DNA of 46,724 nucleotides from a virus (IMGVR_UViG_3300048852_000028:1-46724), one strand, 5' to 3'; positions 8,107 to 17,032 are shown, counted from the stretch's first letter. The notes: generated by a model from the sequence alone, not told the origin. Numbers and translations are program-made.

Positions 8107-8883
8107 CTAGAGGCGCGTTACTTTGCACACGACGCGGCCAATCACTTGCAGGTCCTCTGCGAGTATTTCATCCGTGCCATGCGCCGGATTATCGGACTTG
8201 ATTCTGATCTTGACCGGGTTGCTACCTTTCACGACCTCCAGCCGCTTCACAGCTATGCCGATGCCGTCGAAGATTGCGAACAACCCATCTGGCGAGGGCG
8301 CTGTCTGGGCGCGATTGATCATCACCCGATCCCCAGGCAGCAGGGTGGGAATCATGGAGTCGCCATCTACTGGAATGAAATCGACATCACCCTCTCGGGC
8401 GCGCAACTCGGTATGTAAATAGTCGACCGGAAGCTTCCATACTGCTCGCACTCCGTCGAGCACCTTGCCATCCACCATAACGCCAGGCGCGAGCCTGCCT
8501 TCGCCTAGGCCGGCTATGACATTTCTTTCTGGCACCTCGCCGGGTTGAAGGTCCCCGCGCTGGATGCGGATCTCCACCGCATGGGTGGCCCGATCCTCAA
8601 TGAACTCCGGGTCTGGCTCAAATTCTTGCCCAATCGGCACGCGGCGGATGTGGTCCTCGTCCCCAATCTCGTACTTAAACAGCGACCCAGGCTTCAATTC
8701 GAACTCCTCTTCGATCGCCGTAACCTCGGCAGCCCCGATGGATTTCTTACGTCCATTGAGGAAGTCGCGAAGGTAATCCGGTTTCCGGCCGATCTTCCTT
8801 GCCAAGGTGGTCGGGTCGAGCCCCTTGGAGTCAAGGAGCGTCGAAATGTTGGTCCGGAGGCGTTCTGGGCTGGTCTGTCTCAT
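8107..8883 (-). CDS. CI-like repressor (HTH plus S24 peptidase)
   Basis: N-terminal HTH (LARKIGRKPDYLRDFLNG); VDGDSMIPTL and AVKRL Ser-Lys dyad. Confidence 0.92.
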   Translation of the reverse strand: MRQTSPERLRTNISTLLDSKGLDPTTLARKIGRKPDYLRDFLNGRKKSIGAAEVTAIEEEFELKPGSLFKYEIGDEDHIRRVPIGQEFEPDPEFIEDRATHAVEIRIQRGDLQPGEVPERNVIAGLGEGRLAPGVMVDGKVLDGVRAVWKLPVDYLHTELRAREGDVDFIPVDGDSMIPTLLPGDRVMINRAQTAPSPDGLFAIFDGIGIAVKRLEVVKGSNPVKIRIKSDNPAHGTDEILAEDLQVIGRVVCKVTRL

Positions 8884-8885
8884 AG

Positions 8886-8963
8886 GCGGAATTATCCGCT
8901 TTCTCTCAAACGGAAGCGATACGGAAATTTCCTGTTGTACAAACGGATATTTCCGTTCAGTAT
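8886..8963. promoter_or_regulatory. OR/pR switch region
   Basis: GCGGAATTATCCGC (8886-8899), ACGGAAATTTCCTG (8921-8934), ACGGATATTTCCGT (8943-8956); TTGTAC-N17-CAGTAT. Confidence 0.75.
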
Positions 8964-8969
8964 GTCCGC

Positions 8970-9221
8970 ATGGAAGAGACACTGCGCCACCACCTTTTCT
9001 TATGCGTACGGGCTTTCGAGCGGGCGACTGACACCACGCCAGCGACGGTCGGAAAGCGTGCGCTTAACGACAACACGTTCTTTGCCCGGATTTCCGAAGG
9101 GCAGGGGTTCACGGTCAGGACCTTCGACCGCGTCATGGAATGGCTCTCCGCCAACTGGCCTCACGATGCTGAGTGGCCGGAAGGAGTCGAGCGTCCCGAC
9201 GCTCGAGAGAAGGCTGCCTGA
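8970..9221 (+). CDS. Cro-like repressor
   Basis: Divergent from cI; HTH (TPATVGKRALNDNTFFARI), WLSANWP tail. Confidence 0.75.
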   Translation: MEETLRHHLFLCVRAFERATDTTPATVGKRALNDNTFFARISEGQGFTVRTFDRVMEWLSANWPHDAEWPEGVERPDAREKAA

Positions 9222-9405
9222 TGCCTTCCATTCCCCAATCCCCTTCCATCGGCACCGCCTCCTTAGCCGCCGATGTGAAGAGCGCGGGCGGCGCACTCCC
9301 TTGCCCCGCCGCCGCCCGCGCTTTCGTTTCAGCCCCCGCTTCCACGGCTCTGGTTATGCCCCGCCGGGGCGCGAACATCATCTCAAATCACTAGGCAAAC
9401 GTTCC

Positions 9406-9903
9406 ATGAACACTCGGAACCCGTATACCTCCATCAAAGCAGCCTTTGACGCTGATGTTGACCGTCTCGGTGGCGTCGTTGTCGCTGCCAGCAAGAGCCG
9501 GGTAGGGCAGGCGCTCATCTCCCGCTACTCGTCCATCTCCGATCAGAACATCACCACGCATGTGCCGGCTGATGTGCTCTTGGACATCACGATGGAGCTC
9601 GTTCGCCGTGGCGGCACTCCTGAGACGCTCCAAGTTCTCGCTGACTTGGCAGGCTTCAAGCTTGTGCCGCGGGAGTCTTCGGGCGTAGCTGGCGATAGCC
9701 TCATTCGACACCTTGCCGACACTACGAAAGCTCAGGCTCGTCTTTCTACGACGATCGCTGACGCTTTGGCAGACGGTCGCATCGACCCGCGTGAGAAGCA
9801 GGCAATCGATGCCGCGGCCGCGGCCGAGGAGAAGGAACTCGCCGAACTGCGCAATGACCTGCAGCCCGCGACCGTGACCCCGATCCGTGGGAGTGCGGCA
9901 TGA
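9406..9903 (+). CDS. CII-like phage regulatory protein
   Basis: Position after cro; ALADGRIDPRE C-terminal motif. Confidence 0.6.
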   Translation: MNTRNPYTSIKAAFDADVDRLGGVVVAASKSRVGQALISRYSSISDQNITTHVPADVLLDITMELVRRGGTPETLQVLADLAGFKLVPRESSGVAGDSLIRHLADTTKAQARLSTTIADALADGRIDPREKQAIDAAAAAEEKELAELRNDLQPATVTPIRGSAA

Positions 9904-10175
9904 GTGAAATGGCCCCCGATCTTATCCGCTCCTACGTGGACCGGATCCTCCGCATCAAGGAGGAAGAGGACACCCTGAAGGCAGATATCAAGGACATCTA
10001 CGCCGAGGCCAAGGGCAACGGCCTGGACAAGACTGCTTTGGGCGATCTGATCACGCATCTTCGGAAGCAAGCCAAGAACCCTGAGAAGCAGGCTGAGCGT
10101 TCGACGCTGTTCGACCTGTATCTCGACGCCTACACGAACGCGCCTCACGCGCATACGCATACGCGTGAGGGCTGA
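9900..10175 (+). CDS. gapR: GapR/DUF2312-family nucleoid-associated protein
   Basis: IRSYVDRILRIKEEEDTLKADIKDIYAEAKGNGLD signature. Confidence 0.85.
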   Translation: MSEMAPDLIRSYVDRILRIKEEEDTLKADIKDIYAEAKGNGLDKTALGDLITHLRKQAKNPEKQAERSTLFDLYLDAYTNAPHAHTHTREG

Positions 10176-10177
10176 TC

Positions 10178-10666
10178 ATGGGCGATATCTGCATCCTTGG
10201 CGTCGATCCCGGCTCTTCCGGCGCAATCGCCCTATACTGGCCTTCCGCCCCTCACGTGATAATTGCCGAGGATGTGCCGACTGTTGACGGGGCGATCAAT
10301 CCCGCCGCTCTCGCCCGCCGTCTCGAAGAGGCTCGGCCCTCCCTAGCGATGGTCGAGCTGGTCGGTGCCATGCCAAAGCAGGGCGTCTCCTCAACCTTCA
10401 AGTTCGGTGTCGCCTATGGCTTGGTTCGCGGTGTCATCGGGGCTGCGTTCATCCCCATGCACCTCGTCACCCCTGGCAAGTGGAAGAAGCATTTCCGCCT
10501 TTCGTCCGACAAGGAAGAGGCGAGGGCGCTTGCAACCCGCCTCTGGCCGGCCGCGACGTGCTTCGCGCGCAAGAAGGACCACGGTAGGGCGGAAGCGGCT
10601 CTGATCGCTCGCTATGCCGCTGAGACCATGTTCAGCGACTTCAAGCTCACTCACGTAGCTGACTAG
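10178..10666 (+). CDS. RuvC-like Holliday junction resolvase
   Basis: ILGVDPG, VELVGAMPKQGVSSTFKFG, DHGRAEAALIA. Confidence 0.85.
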   Translation: MGDICILGVDPGSSGAIALYWPSAPHVIIAEDVPTVDGAINPAALARRLEEARPSLAMVELVGAMPKQGVSSTFKFGVAYGLVRGVIGAAFIPMHLVTPGKWKKHFRLSSDKEEARALATRLWPAATCFARKKDHGRAEAALIARYAAETMFSDFKLTHVAD

Positions 10667-10694
10667 CCACGCAGCAACCCCTTGGGAGACCGAC

Positions 10695-11042
10695 ATGCCA
10701 CTATCTCCAGCCGCAGAACGGGAAATGCTTCAGAGGCACGGAACGGCGGCCTTTAAGCTGAAGCCGGGCAGCATCGTCAGCGCGGCCGAGCAGGATCTCC
10801 GCATCCGTCAGAACAAGAAAGATGACATCGATGAGCCCGGCCGCCCTTATGCGTTCGTATGCTCCCACGTTCGAAAGGCGAAAAGTGCAGGGGAGTTGAT
10901 TGAGCTTGCCCTGGCGCATCCCGAGAAGGGTGTAGATAGCGGCAAGTATAACACGCGCCTTATCTACGGCGATCAAGACCTTCTGCGCGCCGCTCTTGCT
11001 CTGGCGCAGGCCAGGGCGATCGTCATCGAGGCGGCCGAATGA
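10695..11042 (+). CDS. Phage hypothetical protein
   Basis: GGGAG RBS; part of the early-right operon. Confidence 0.6.
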   Translation: MPLSPAAEREMLQRHGTAAFKLKPGSIVSAAEQDLRIRQNKKDDIDEPGRPYAFVCSHVRKAKSAGELIELALAHPEKGVDSGKYNTRLIYGDQDLLRAALALAQARAIVIEAAE

Positions 11043-11239
11043 GCAAGCGCGGGTACGGCATCTTCAATCCGAAGCCGGAGAAGGTGCTCTCCACGGCGCG
11101 CATTGAGCAACACGTCTGCGAGATCTGCGGGCAGCGCGGATCCTTCGGCTATGGCGCTAGCTACCTGCGCGGAATCGAAGGCCGCTGGCGGTGCTTCTCC
11201 CATCGCATGGAGAACGAAGCAAAGGGAGAGGCGGCATGA
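11039..11239 (+). CDS. Small Cys/His phage protein
   Basis: HVCEICGQRGSFG...WRCFSH; coupled overlaps. Confidence 0.65.
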   Translation: MSKRGYGIFNPKPEKVLSTARIEQHVCEICGQRGSFGYGASYLRGIEGRWRCFSHRMENEAKGEAA

Positions 11240-12018
11240 GCATCGATCCCGCCATTCTGCGTGCCATGGCTGATGCTGGCGCTTCTATCGAAGTGATCTT
11301 GGCTGCTGTGGAAGCGGCGAAGGCAAGGGAAGACGCCGTTCTCGCGGAGAAGCGTGCGAAGGCAGCGGCGAAGAAGGCCCGCCAACGTGCCGCTAAACGT
11401 CCTGCCGTCACCCACATGTCCCCCGATGTCCCGGGGACAAGCGGGGACACATCGGGACAGGCCGGGACGGCAGGGGACACCCCCTCCCAGGTTCCCCCCA
11501 ATGATAATAACTCTAACCCCCCTCCTACCTCCCCCGGTTCCGATGCTGACGCATCGGCGCTGCCTGCTGTCAGCGACCCAGAAGTTTCGATCAACGACCA
11601 AATCTGGAATTCGAAAGCAGCCCTGTCCGACCTGTCGGGCAAATCGGAAGCCAGCGTCGGCAAGTGGATTGGCAAGGCGCTGAAAGACCATCCGCCCGAT
11701 GTCGTGAAGCAGGGCATCGACGCCGCCCTGCTCGCCGGAACCCGAGACCCCTTCAGCTATGCCCGGAGCGTGATGCTCAACTCTCGAGGAGCCCAGAATG
11801 CCAAGTCAGGAAATCGCAACGGTCGCTCCCATCCCGCCGCTCGACTCGAGGGCACCGCGGCTCGAGTCGCTGCCATCATGGGCTACGGCGATGAACACGA
11901 TGGTGATGGATCTTCGGAAGAACGACGCGTATCGGATCGGTCCGCATGGTCGGAAGGTCGTAACCCTTCCCGCTTCCTCGATGCCGAACCAGACACAGCG
12001 GGCGTTTATCGAGCGTAG
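11236..12018 (+). CDS. Replication initiator-like protein (O analog)
   Basis: Position in the operon, internal iterons, low-complexity linker, C-terminal helical domain. Confidence 0.65.
   Translation: MSIDPAILRAMADAGASIEVILAAVEAAKAREDAVLAEKRAKAAAKKARQRAAKRPAVTHMSPDVPGTSGDTSGQAGTAGDTPSQVPPNDNNSNPPPTSPGSDADASALPAVSDPEVSINDQIWNSKAALSDLSGKSEASVGKWIGKALKDHPPDVVKQGIDAALLAGTRDPFSYARSVMLNSRGAQNAKSGNRNGRSHPAARLEGTAARVAAIMGYGDEHDGDGSSEERRVSDRSAWSEGRNPSRFLDAEPDTAGVYRA
11417..11516. repeat. Putative phage origin: iterons plus AT-rich tract
   Basis: TGTCCC x2 then GGGAC(A/G) x5 at a 10-bp period, followed by AATGATAATAACTCTAA. Confidence 0.7.
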
Positions 12019-12580
12019 GGTCGCTGAACTCGACCTGATGAGCCAGCCGGGACCCGCGAAGGAAATCGACGCCACCATCGGCGCGATCATCATCCGGTAC
12101 GCCACGGCGCGCCAGGATGACGACATGATCCGCGCCCGGTCCGAGGGCTATCGGATCGTACTGCGGGACTTTCCGGCGTGGGCTGTCCGCGAAGCCTATG
12201 CTCGGTGGCTGAAGGGCGAGATCGGTCGTGAGTACGACGCATCCTTCCCGCCGCCTGAGCGCGTTCTGCACGATGCCGCGAAGAACCTCGTAATGGCAGC
12301 TATGGGCCAGCGTATCGGCCTGCAAATGGTACTCGACGCCGTGAGCTATGAGCCACCGTCCGAGGCCGAGATGCAGGTGCGTCGGCGCCAGCTGGAGCAG
12401 GTCATCCAGGGCATCGCTACCAGCGTCAGCCCTGAAGATCGCGGCCCTGGCTCGCTGAAGCGTCGGCCGGAAACTCCCGAAGAGCAGGCGCGCAAAGAGC
12501 AAATCTTAACCAACCCCGGGAAGGGTATTCTGGCCGGTCTACGTGAGATAACGGAGGCGAACCATGCCGCAGCCGAATGA
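11798..12580 (+). CDS. Replication accessory protein (P-analog position)
   Basis: LRDFPAWAVREAYARW...FPP pattern; follows the initiator. Confidence 0.55.
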   Translation: MPSQEIATVAPIPPLDSRAPRLESLPSWATAMNTMVMDLRKNDAYRIGPHGRKVVTLPASSMPNQTQRAFIERRVAELDLMSQPGPAKEIDATIGAIIIRYATARQDDDMIRARSEGYRIVLRDFPAWAVREAYARWLKGEIGREYDASFPPPERVLHDAAKNLVMAAMGQRIGLQMVLDAVSYEPPSEAEMQVRRRQLEQVIQGIATSVSPEDRGPGSLKRRPETPEEQARKEQILTNPGKGILAGLREITEANHAAAE

Positions 12581-12791
12581 AACGGAAGCGACGGTGGAGC
12601 AGCGCGCCCGTGCGGTGCGCTACTGGGAGCAGAAGATCCGCCCGCAGATGGCTACGAAGGAGCAAGCCAAGCCGAAGGAAGATCCTTTCGAAGCTCTTGC
12701 GCGCCTCAAGTCCGAGGGCTGGGGCGATCTGGCGGCCAGTGACGCCATCAAGGCGACCTTGCGGAATGCGAACAAAGGTGGGGCTGCATGA
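12564..12791 (+). CDS. Phage hypothetical protein
   Basis: GGAGG RBS; coupled to the next ORF. Confidence 0.55.
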   Translation: MPQPNETEATVEQRARAVRYWEQKIRPQMATKEQAKPKEDPFEALARLKSEGWGDLAASDAIKATLRNANKGGAA

Positions 12792-13129
12792 AGTACCGTG
12801 CTCCCCATGAAATCGCTGCCGAGATCAGGGCGGCCAAATGGGCAGGAAAATCCCTGACCGAACTTGAGGCTGAGTTCGATATCAGCCGGCGAACTGCCGT
12901 CCGCTACACGAGGGGCGTCACTGTCAGGGCGAGGGCAGGGCGTCAAGCCCAGTACGACCCTGAGAAGGTGCTGAACCTGCTCAAGCAAGGCCTATCGCAA
13001 ACCATCATCAGCGAGCGCCTCGGCATCTCCCGCGCACAGGTCTACCGCATCTGCAAGCGCACCTATGGCGTCGGGCCTTCAGAACTCCCCGCCCATCTCG
13101 CCCGCATGGAATGGAAGGCAGCTGCATGA
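12788..13129 (+). CDS. Tandem-HTH DNA-binding protein
   Basis: SLTELEAEFDISRRTAVRY and LSQTIISERLGISRAQVYRI. Confidence 0.75.
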   Translation: MKYRAPHEIAAEIRAAKWAGKSLTELEAEFDISRRTAVRYTRGVTVRARAGRQAQYDPEKVLNLLKQGLSQTIISERLGISRAQVYRICKRTYGVGPSELPAHLARMEWKAAA

Positions 13130-13809
13130 CGAACCTCCCCCGCTTCGATCTGTCTGCTGAAGTCCAAGAGTGGCTGCAACTTGCTCCTGAGCTCGTTGCG
13201 CAGTTCAAGGAAGTCCCGCCTGTCGACCACACACCCCCGGAGACTTTCGAGGGTCTCACCTGGTTCGTGGTCGTCTGCAATCCGAAGTGTGAGCGGAGGG
13301 CACAACTTGGCCTCCGCCGCTCCGGGTACCAGACGTATCTGCCGGTTGAACGAAAGTATGTCGTGCGCTCTCGCAAGAACGTTGAGACTGAGAACCCGCT
13401 TTTGCCGCGATACCTGTTCCTCGGGCTCCGGGCCTTCGGTCAGGAAGGCGGGCAGGACCTTTACAAGCTTCGTGGCATCGATGGAGTTGAGAAGGTGGTT
13501 AGGTTCGAGGGCGAGCCTCTCACGGTCCACTACAAGCGCCTTGAGATCCTGCGAGATCGGGAGCGGGAAGGGGAATTCGACCACATCAAGCGTGCAGAAG
13601 AAGAGAAAGCGCGCAAGAAGGCTCTCAGGGCCAAGTGCCGCCCCGGTGCCCATGTCAGTCTACTGAACGGTGCCATGGCCGGCTTGCATGCCGTCGTTCA
13701 GAAGGTCCAGTCCGGAGGACGCATCGAGGTGCTAATCGACTTCCTCGGTGGTGTGACAAGGGCTAAACTGAAGCTCGACGAAATTGATTTGATTGAGGCT
13801 GCTGAATGA
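13126..13809 (+). CDS. NusG/RfaH-family antiterminator
   Basis: NGN domain (WFVVVCNPKCE...YLP...PLLPRYLF) plus KOW (PGAHVSLLNGAMAGLHAVV...IEVLIDFLG). Confidence 0.88.
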   Translation: MTNLPRFDLSAEVQEWLQLAPELVAQFKEVPPVDHTPPETFEGLTWFVVVCNPKCERRAQLGLRRSGYQTYLPVERKYVVRSRKNVETENPLLPRYLFLGLRAFGQEGGQDLYKLRGIDGVEKVVRFEGEPLTVHYKRLEILRDREREGEFDHIKRAEEEKARKKALRAKCRPGAHVSLLNGAMAGLHAVVQKVQSGGRIEVLIDFLGGVTRAKLKLDEIDLIEAAE

Positions 13810-14159
13810 AGGCGATGCACGCGATATGCCACCATGTAGATAACAGGCCGGACCACTTCCATTCGGACGGAGAACTGGGTCGCTATCGATCGGGGATCTG
13901 GAAGCTCGAAGCGGACGAAGCATCTGGCCTTAAGGGTGGTTGGCTGTACCTTCATGAGACGAGCAAACAGCGGGCATACCTACGAGCAAAGATCGAGTCC
14001 GTCGAGGGCCCCGATGCTGAAGGGAAATATTGGTTGGTTGTCCGCAAACAGCCAAAGACGGGCAACGTGGCTTGGCGCGGCGCAGTAGCTACTTCAAGCA
14101 GCTATGTCAGGGTTGTCGATGCTACTCTCCCCATCGAAATGGAAAACGCCAGCACCTAG
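13806..14159 (+). CDS. Phage hypothetical protein
   Basis: Coupled to the NusG paralog; LYLHETSKQRAY. Confidence 0.7.
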   Translation: MKAMHAICHHVDNRPDHFHSDGELGRYRSGIWKLEADEASGLKGGWLYLHETSKQRAYLRAKIESVEGPDAEGKYWLVVRKQPKTGNVAWRGAVATSSSYVRVVDATLPIEMENAST

Positions 14160-14260
14160 CACTTGCAACTAAGGCGCTGCCACGCTAGTTATATGTTCAC
14201 AGAGCAGGGCCGTGTGTTGCAGATTTGCCACCGCGTGTCCTGCGTTAGCATTGGTCGAAT

Positions 14261-14292
14261 GCCCCGGCGAGATGATCGCGCGGGGCTTTTTT
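14261..14292 (+). terminator. Intrinsic terminator ending a putative late leader
   Basis: GCCCCG...CGGGGC stem plus T6. Confidence 0.75.
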
Positions 14293-14312
14293 GCGCCTCA
14301 GTGGCCTATTCG

Positions 14313-14615
14313 CTAGCCGCGACCGTAGTACTCGCGCCTCTCCCAGTACGGACGCTCATGATGGCGACGCCACCAGGGACGTGCCCAAGGCGGCGGGCCA
14401 TCACCGCGACGCCAGTGCGGACGATCATAGTGGCGCCGTGGCGGACCACCGTACCTGCGCTCATAGCGCGGTGGGCCATAGTATTGGATGCGCTGCACCA
14501 AGGTACTGGAAGCGTCGGGGATGACTACAGGGCTTGTTAATGGGTTCGCAGAGGCTGTCTGAGCTGCAAAGCCAGCGGCAGCGAGCGCAAGAGCAAAGAC
14601 CACTTTCTTCAACAT
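14313..14615 (-). CDS. Small secreted Arg/Pro/Tyr-rich protein
   Basis: Signal peptide, IQY motif, GAGGAGG RBS. Confidence 0.8.
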   Translation of the reverse strand: MLKKVVFALALAAAGFAAQTASANPLTSPVVIPDASSTLVQRIQYYGPPRYERRYGGPPRRHYDRPHWRRGDGPPPWARPWWRRHHERPYWERREYYGRG

Positions 14616-14704
14616 GTTACCCTCCTCAGGGAATGCATTGAGAGTGCACCCTAGGGAGTGAACCCGCTCTGAATGTAGATCGGTCTAAGCGTTCATCTTT
14701 CCTC

Positions 14705-14818
14705 ATGCCCTCTAAACGCAAATCCCACATCCGAGACGACGGCTGCCTCATGATCGAGATAAGCCCCAACCTCTACGTTGAAGAGAGTATCGCTGAGAGG
14801 CTGGGGTTGCTGAGGTAG
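14705..14818 (+). CDS. 37-aa peptide whose 3' end is repeated downstream
   Basis: MPSKRKSHIRDDGCLMIEISPNLYVEESIAERLGLLR*; downstream copies are conserved mainly at the amino-acid level. Confidence 0.6.
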   Translation: MPSKRKSHIRDDGCLMIEISPNLYVEESIAERLGLLR

Positions 14819-14930
14819 TGACCTGGGCCGATGTGACAGCGCAAGCCAGGAAGGATTAATCCCGGAGATATCATTGCTCATCACTTCTCAGAAGGACATT
14901 ATTCCGGAGTCTCCAGACCCGGGTGATGCT

Positions 14931-15044
14931 ATGGAAAGCCTGTTAATTGCTTCTGTCTTCCTGAGCGTGACCCTCACGACCTTCATGCTGCTTGTCACCC
15001 TGACGAACATGGCGAGCCCGATACTTGGATTGACCATCCATTAA
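14931..15044 (+). CDS. Small membrane peptide
   Basis: MESLLIASVFLSVTLTTFMLLVTLTNMASPILGLTIH*. Confidence 0.4.
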   Translation: MESLLIASVFLSVTLTTFMLLVTLTNMASPILGLTIH

Positions 15045-15097
15045 GGCGCTCTCGGCCAATACCTTGAGGACTTGGCTGAGAGTCCGGGGCTGCTGCG

Positions 15098-15253
15098 CTA
15101 GGTTAGCAGAGCCGAGCGATAACTGATTGCCCACACACATAACCCAATACCCACAACGAGAGCGAGCCAGTTCAGGGACCGATCCAGCAATGTAGCGGGC
15201 AGAACGGCAGCGGTTTGGGCGCGCGTCTTCTTCGGTGACAGATCTACCGGCAT
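15098..15253 (-). CDS. Small single-TM protein
   Basis: AAGGA RBS; WLALVVGIGLCVWAISY helix. Confidence 0.5.
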   Translation of the reverse strand: MPVDLSPKKTRAQTAAVLPATLLDRSLNWLALVVGIGLCVWAISYRSALLT

Positions 15254-15302
15254 GATTTGTCCTTCAAAGCTGAAAGGGTTTCGAGGAGGGCGATTGCTCG
15301 GA

Positions 15303-15524
15303 TCAAGCAGGACCACAGGGGCCTGGTGCCAAAGGCGGCAAGCAGGATCCGATCATCTTCTCGTTGTACCAGAGCTCCACCCGGCAGTTGTTTGCTAGGC
15401 TGCTTACCCACTCACGAGCTTGAGCCTCACTGGTCCAAACCACAGTCTTGACGGTGGCTAAGCCAGTAGACGGGTCTACGATGACAGCTTGGTAAGGCTG
15501 GGTTGAGTTGGTCGACCAGTTCAT
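15303..15524 (-). CDS. Small hypothetical protein
   Basis: GAGGTG RBS; EAQAREWVSSLANNCRVELW pattern. Confidence 0.6.
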   Translation of the reverse strand: MNWSTNSTQPYQAVIVDPSTGLATVKTVVWTSEAQAREWVSSLANNCRVELWYNEKMIGSCLPPLAPGPCGPA

Positions 15525-15700
15525 GATGCACCTCAGAGCCTTATGGCGCTTCGAGGTGCGGGGTCGCGCCTAAAAGGGCAGTAGTCGACTTGGGAACCAC
15601 TGATCTATCAAATATGGTGATGGCGGGAGGCTATTTACAGGTCATTCCTTGAGTTGCACAAAGACCAGCAATACCTCGTCGACCGTTAGGTCGGGCGAGC

Positions 15701-15952
15701 CTAATGCAGGGTTTCTGGGATGAACCGCTCACTCCCCATGGTGACCCTGACTGATGCCACCGGTTGCCTCCTGTCGTTTTTGACTTCAACGGTGATCGCG
15801 CCGCCTTTGCTTGCTGGGAGACGATCTGACCCGAATTCACCTGCGATGTGCATTGCGGCGGTCTCGGCAGCATCGATATTCTTCAGGTCCAGCCCGGTTT
15901 CATCAGGCTCGAGGCCGAAACCTTCTCGTAAGTCGAAGTAAAAACGAGGCAC
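15701..15952 (-). CDS. DUF6894-like small protein
   Basis: MPRFYFDLREG...DETGLDLKNIDAA N-terminus. Confidence 0.75.
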   Translation of the reverse strand: MPRFYFDLREGFGLEPDETGLDLKNIDAAETAAMHIAGEFGSDRLPASKGGAITVEVKNDRRQPVASVRVTMGSERFIPETLH

Positions 15953-16078
15953 AGGTCGTGCTCCTAAAAGGACTCAACCCTTAGTTCTGTCCATGGTTCA
16001 TAAGTATTCTCACCACGTTGCCTGACATCAATGCCTCAGACTTCGCGACCACAAAGCAGGGCCGAGAAGGTGGGCTCC

Positions 16079-16186
16079 TCAGAAGCTAAGGAAAGCCATG
16101 GCCAAGAGCCCGACGAAGCCCACGGCAGCGATGCATATGAAGGCTAGCCAAGTTTTGGATCGTCCTTTTGGCACATCGCCGAACAT
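16079..16186 (-). CDS. Small single-TM peptide
   Basis: TGGAGG RBS; MFGDVPKGRSKTWLAFICIAAVGFVGLLAMAFLSF*. Confidence 0.5.
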   Translation of the reverse strand: MFGDVPKGRSKTWLAFICIAAVGFVGLLAMAFLSF

Positions 16187-16414
16187 GAGGCCTCCACTGA
16201 AATTCCCGATAGGTATCTCGTAGGCTTTGATTGAATGTTCTTACGGTCCGCCAGGTAACGTAGGGCCGATCTCAGGGACATCCTTCTCCGCTTCCTCACC
16301 CTGACGCTCAGGTGAAACCAGACGGAACTCCAATTGTCCGAGATGCGCAAGAAGCAGATCTGAACTGTCACCTGCAAAGCTCACTCGGCATACCTGCTGA
16401 GTTGACATTTGAGG

Positions 16415-16639
16415 TTAGTTAGGAAGTGTGTCGTTTGGGTTGACTGCGACATCCGTCACAGTTTCCAGTACAGTACCCGCCACAATGGGCGGCGCTCCTA
16501 GTGAGATGGTGATAGCGGCAGAGCACGCTGGGCAAGCATAGACCGTACCGCTCTGGAGGGCGCCTGAGCTTTCAATGTCGACGCTGTAAGTCTTCACGCT
16601 CAACAATGGCTCTGCGCAGTTAGGACATTTCGCTGACAT
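16415..16639 (-). CDS. Zn-ribbon small protein
   Basis: CPNC...YACPAC. Confidence 0.65.
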   Translation of the reverse strand: MSAKCPNCAEPLLSVKTYSVDIESSGALQSGTVYACPACSAAITISLGAPPIVAGTVLETVTDVAVNPNDTLPN

Positions 16640-17032
16640 GGCACACCCTTAGTCGCATTGCCGGAGTGGAACCTAGTATTGATACCTGGTCAATCGAGGC
16701 TGAATGCCCAAGCTCCTCAATCGCAGAGCAAGGCCGAAAGAACAGTAGCAATTATACTTTAGTTGTGGATCCAGAATTGTGTGACTTTGGTCACAGAGAA
16801 CCACTCCACAGTGAGCCATCCTCATCCTGGCCTGTCGTGTGCGCAGTAGGATTAGGAGAGCGGGATGATGCAGCCGAAGCAGATCGCCCCTGAACCCAGC
16901 CAGAATGCTGTCAAAGAACATGTGAAGGAGATGTTGAGGAAGCTTCCGAGAAGAACGCAGACCTCTAGGCAAGCTCACTCAAATCATTCTTGCAATCTGA
17001 CGAAAAGGCAGGGCTTCTGAGGTAGCGCTGCC

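Noticed and set aside
8545-9903. 452-aa plus-strand ORF
   Set aside because: Its N-terminal part runs antisense to cI and across the operators and cro; only 9406-9903 looks like a real gene
16396-16418. Possible sixth array repeat (gctgag...tgaggttag), and a weaker one near 15668
   Set aside because: The position fits, at the stop of a convergent gene, but the match is too short to count
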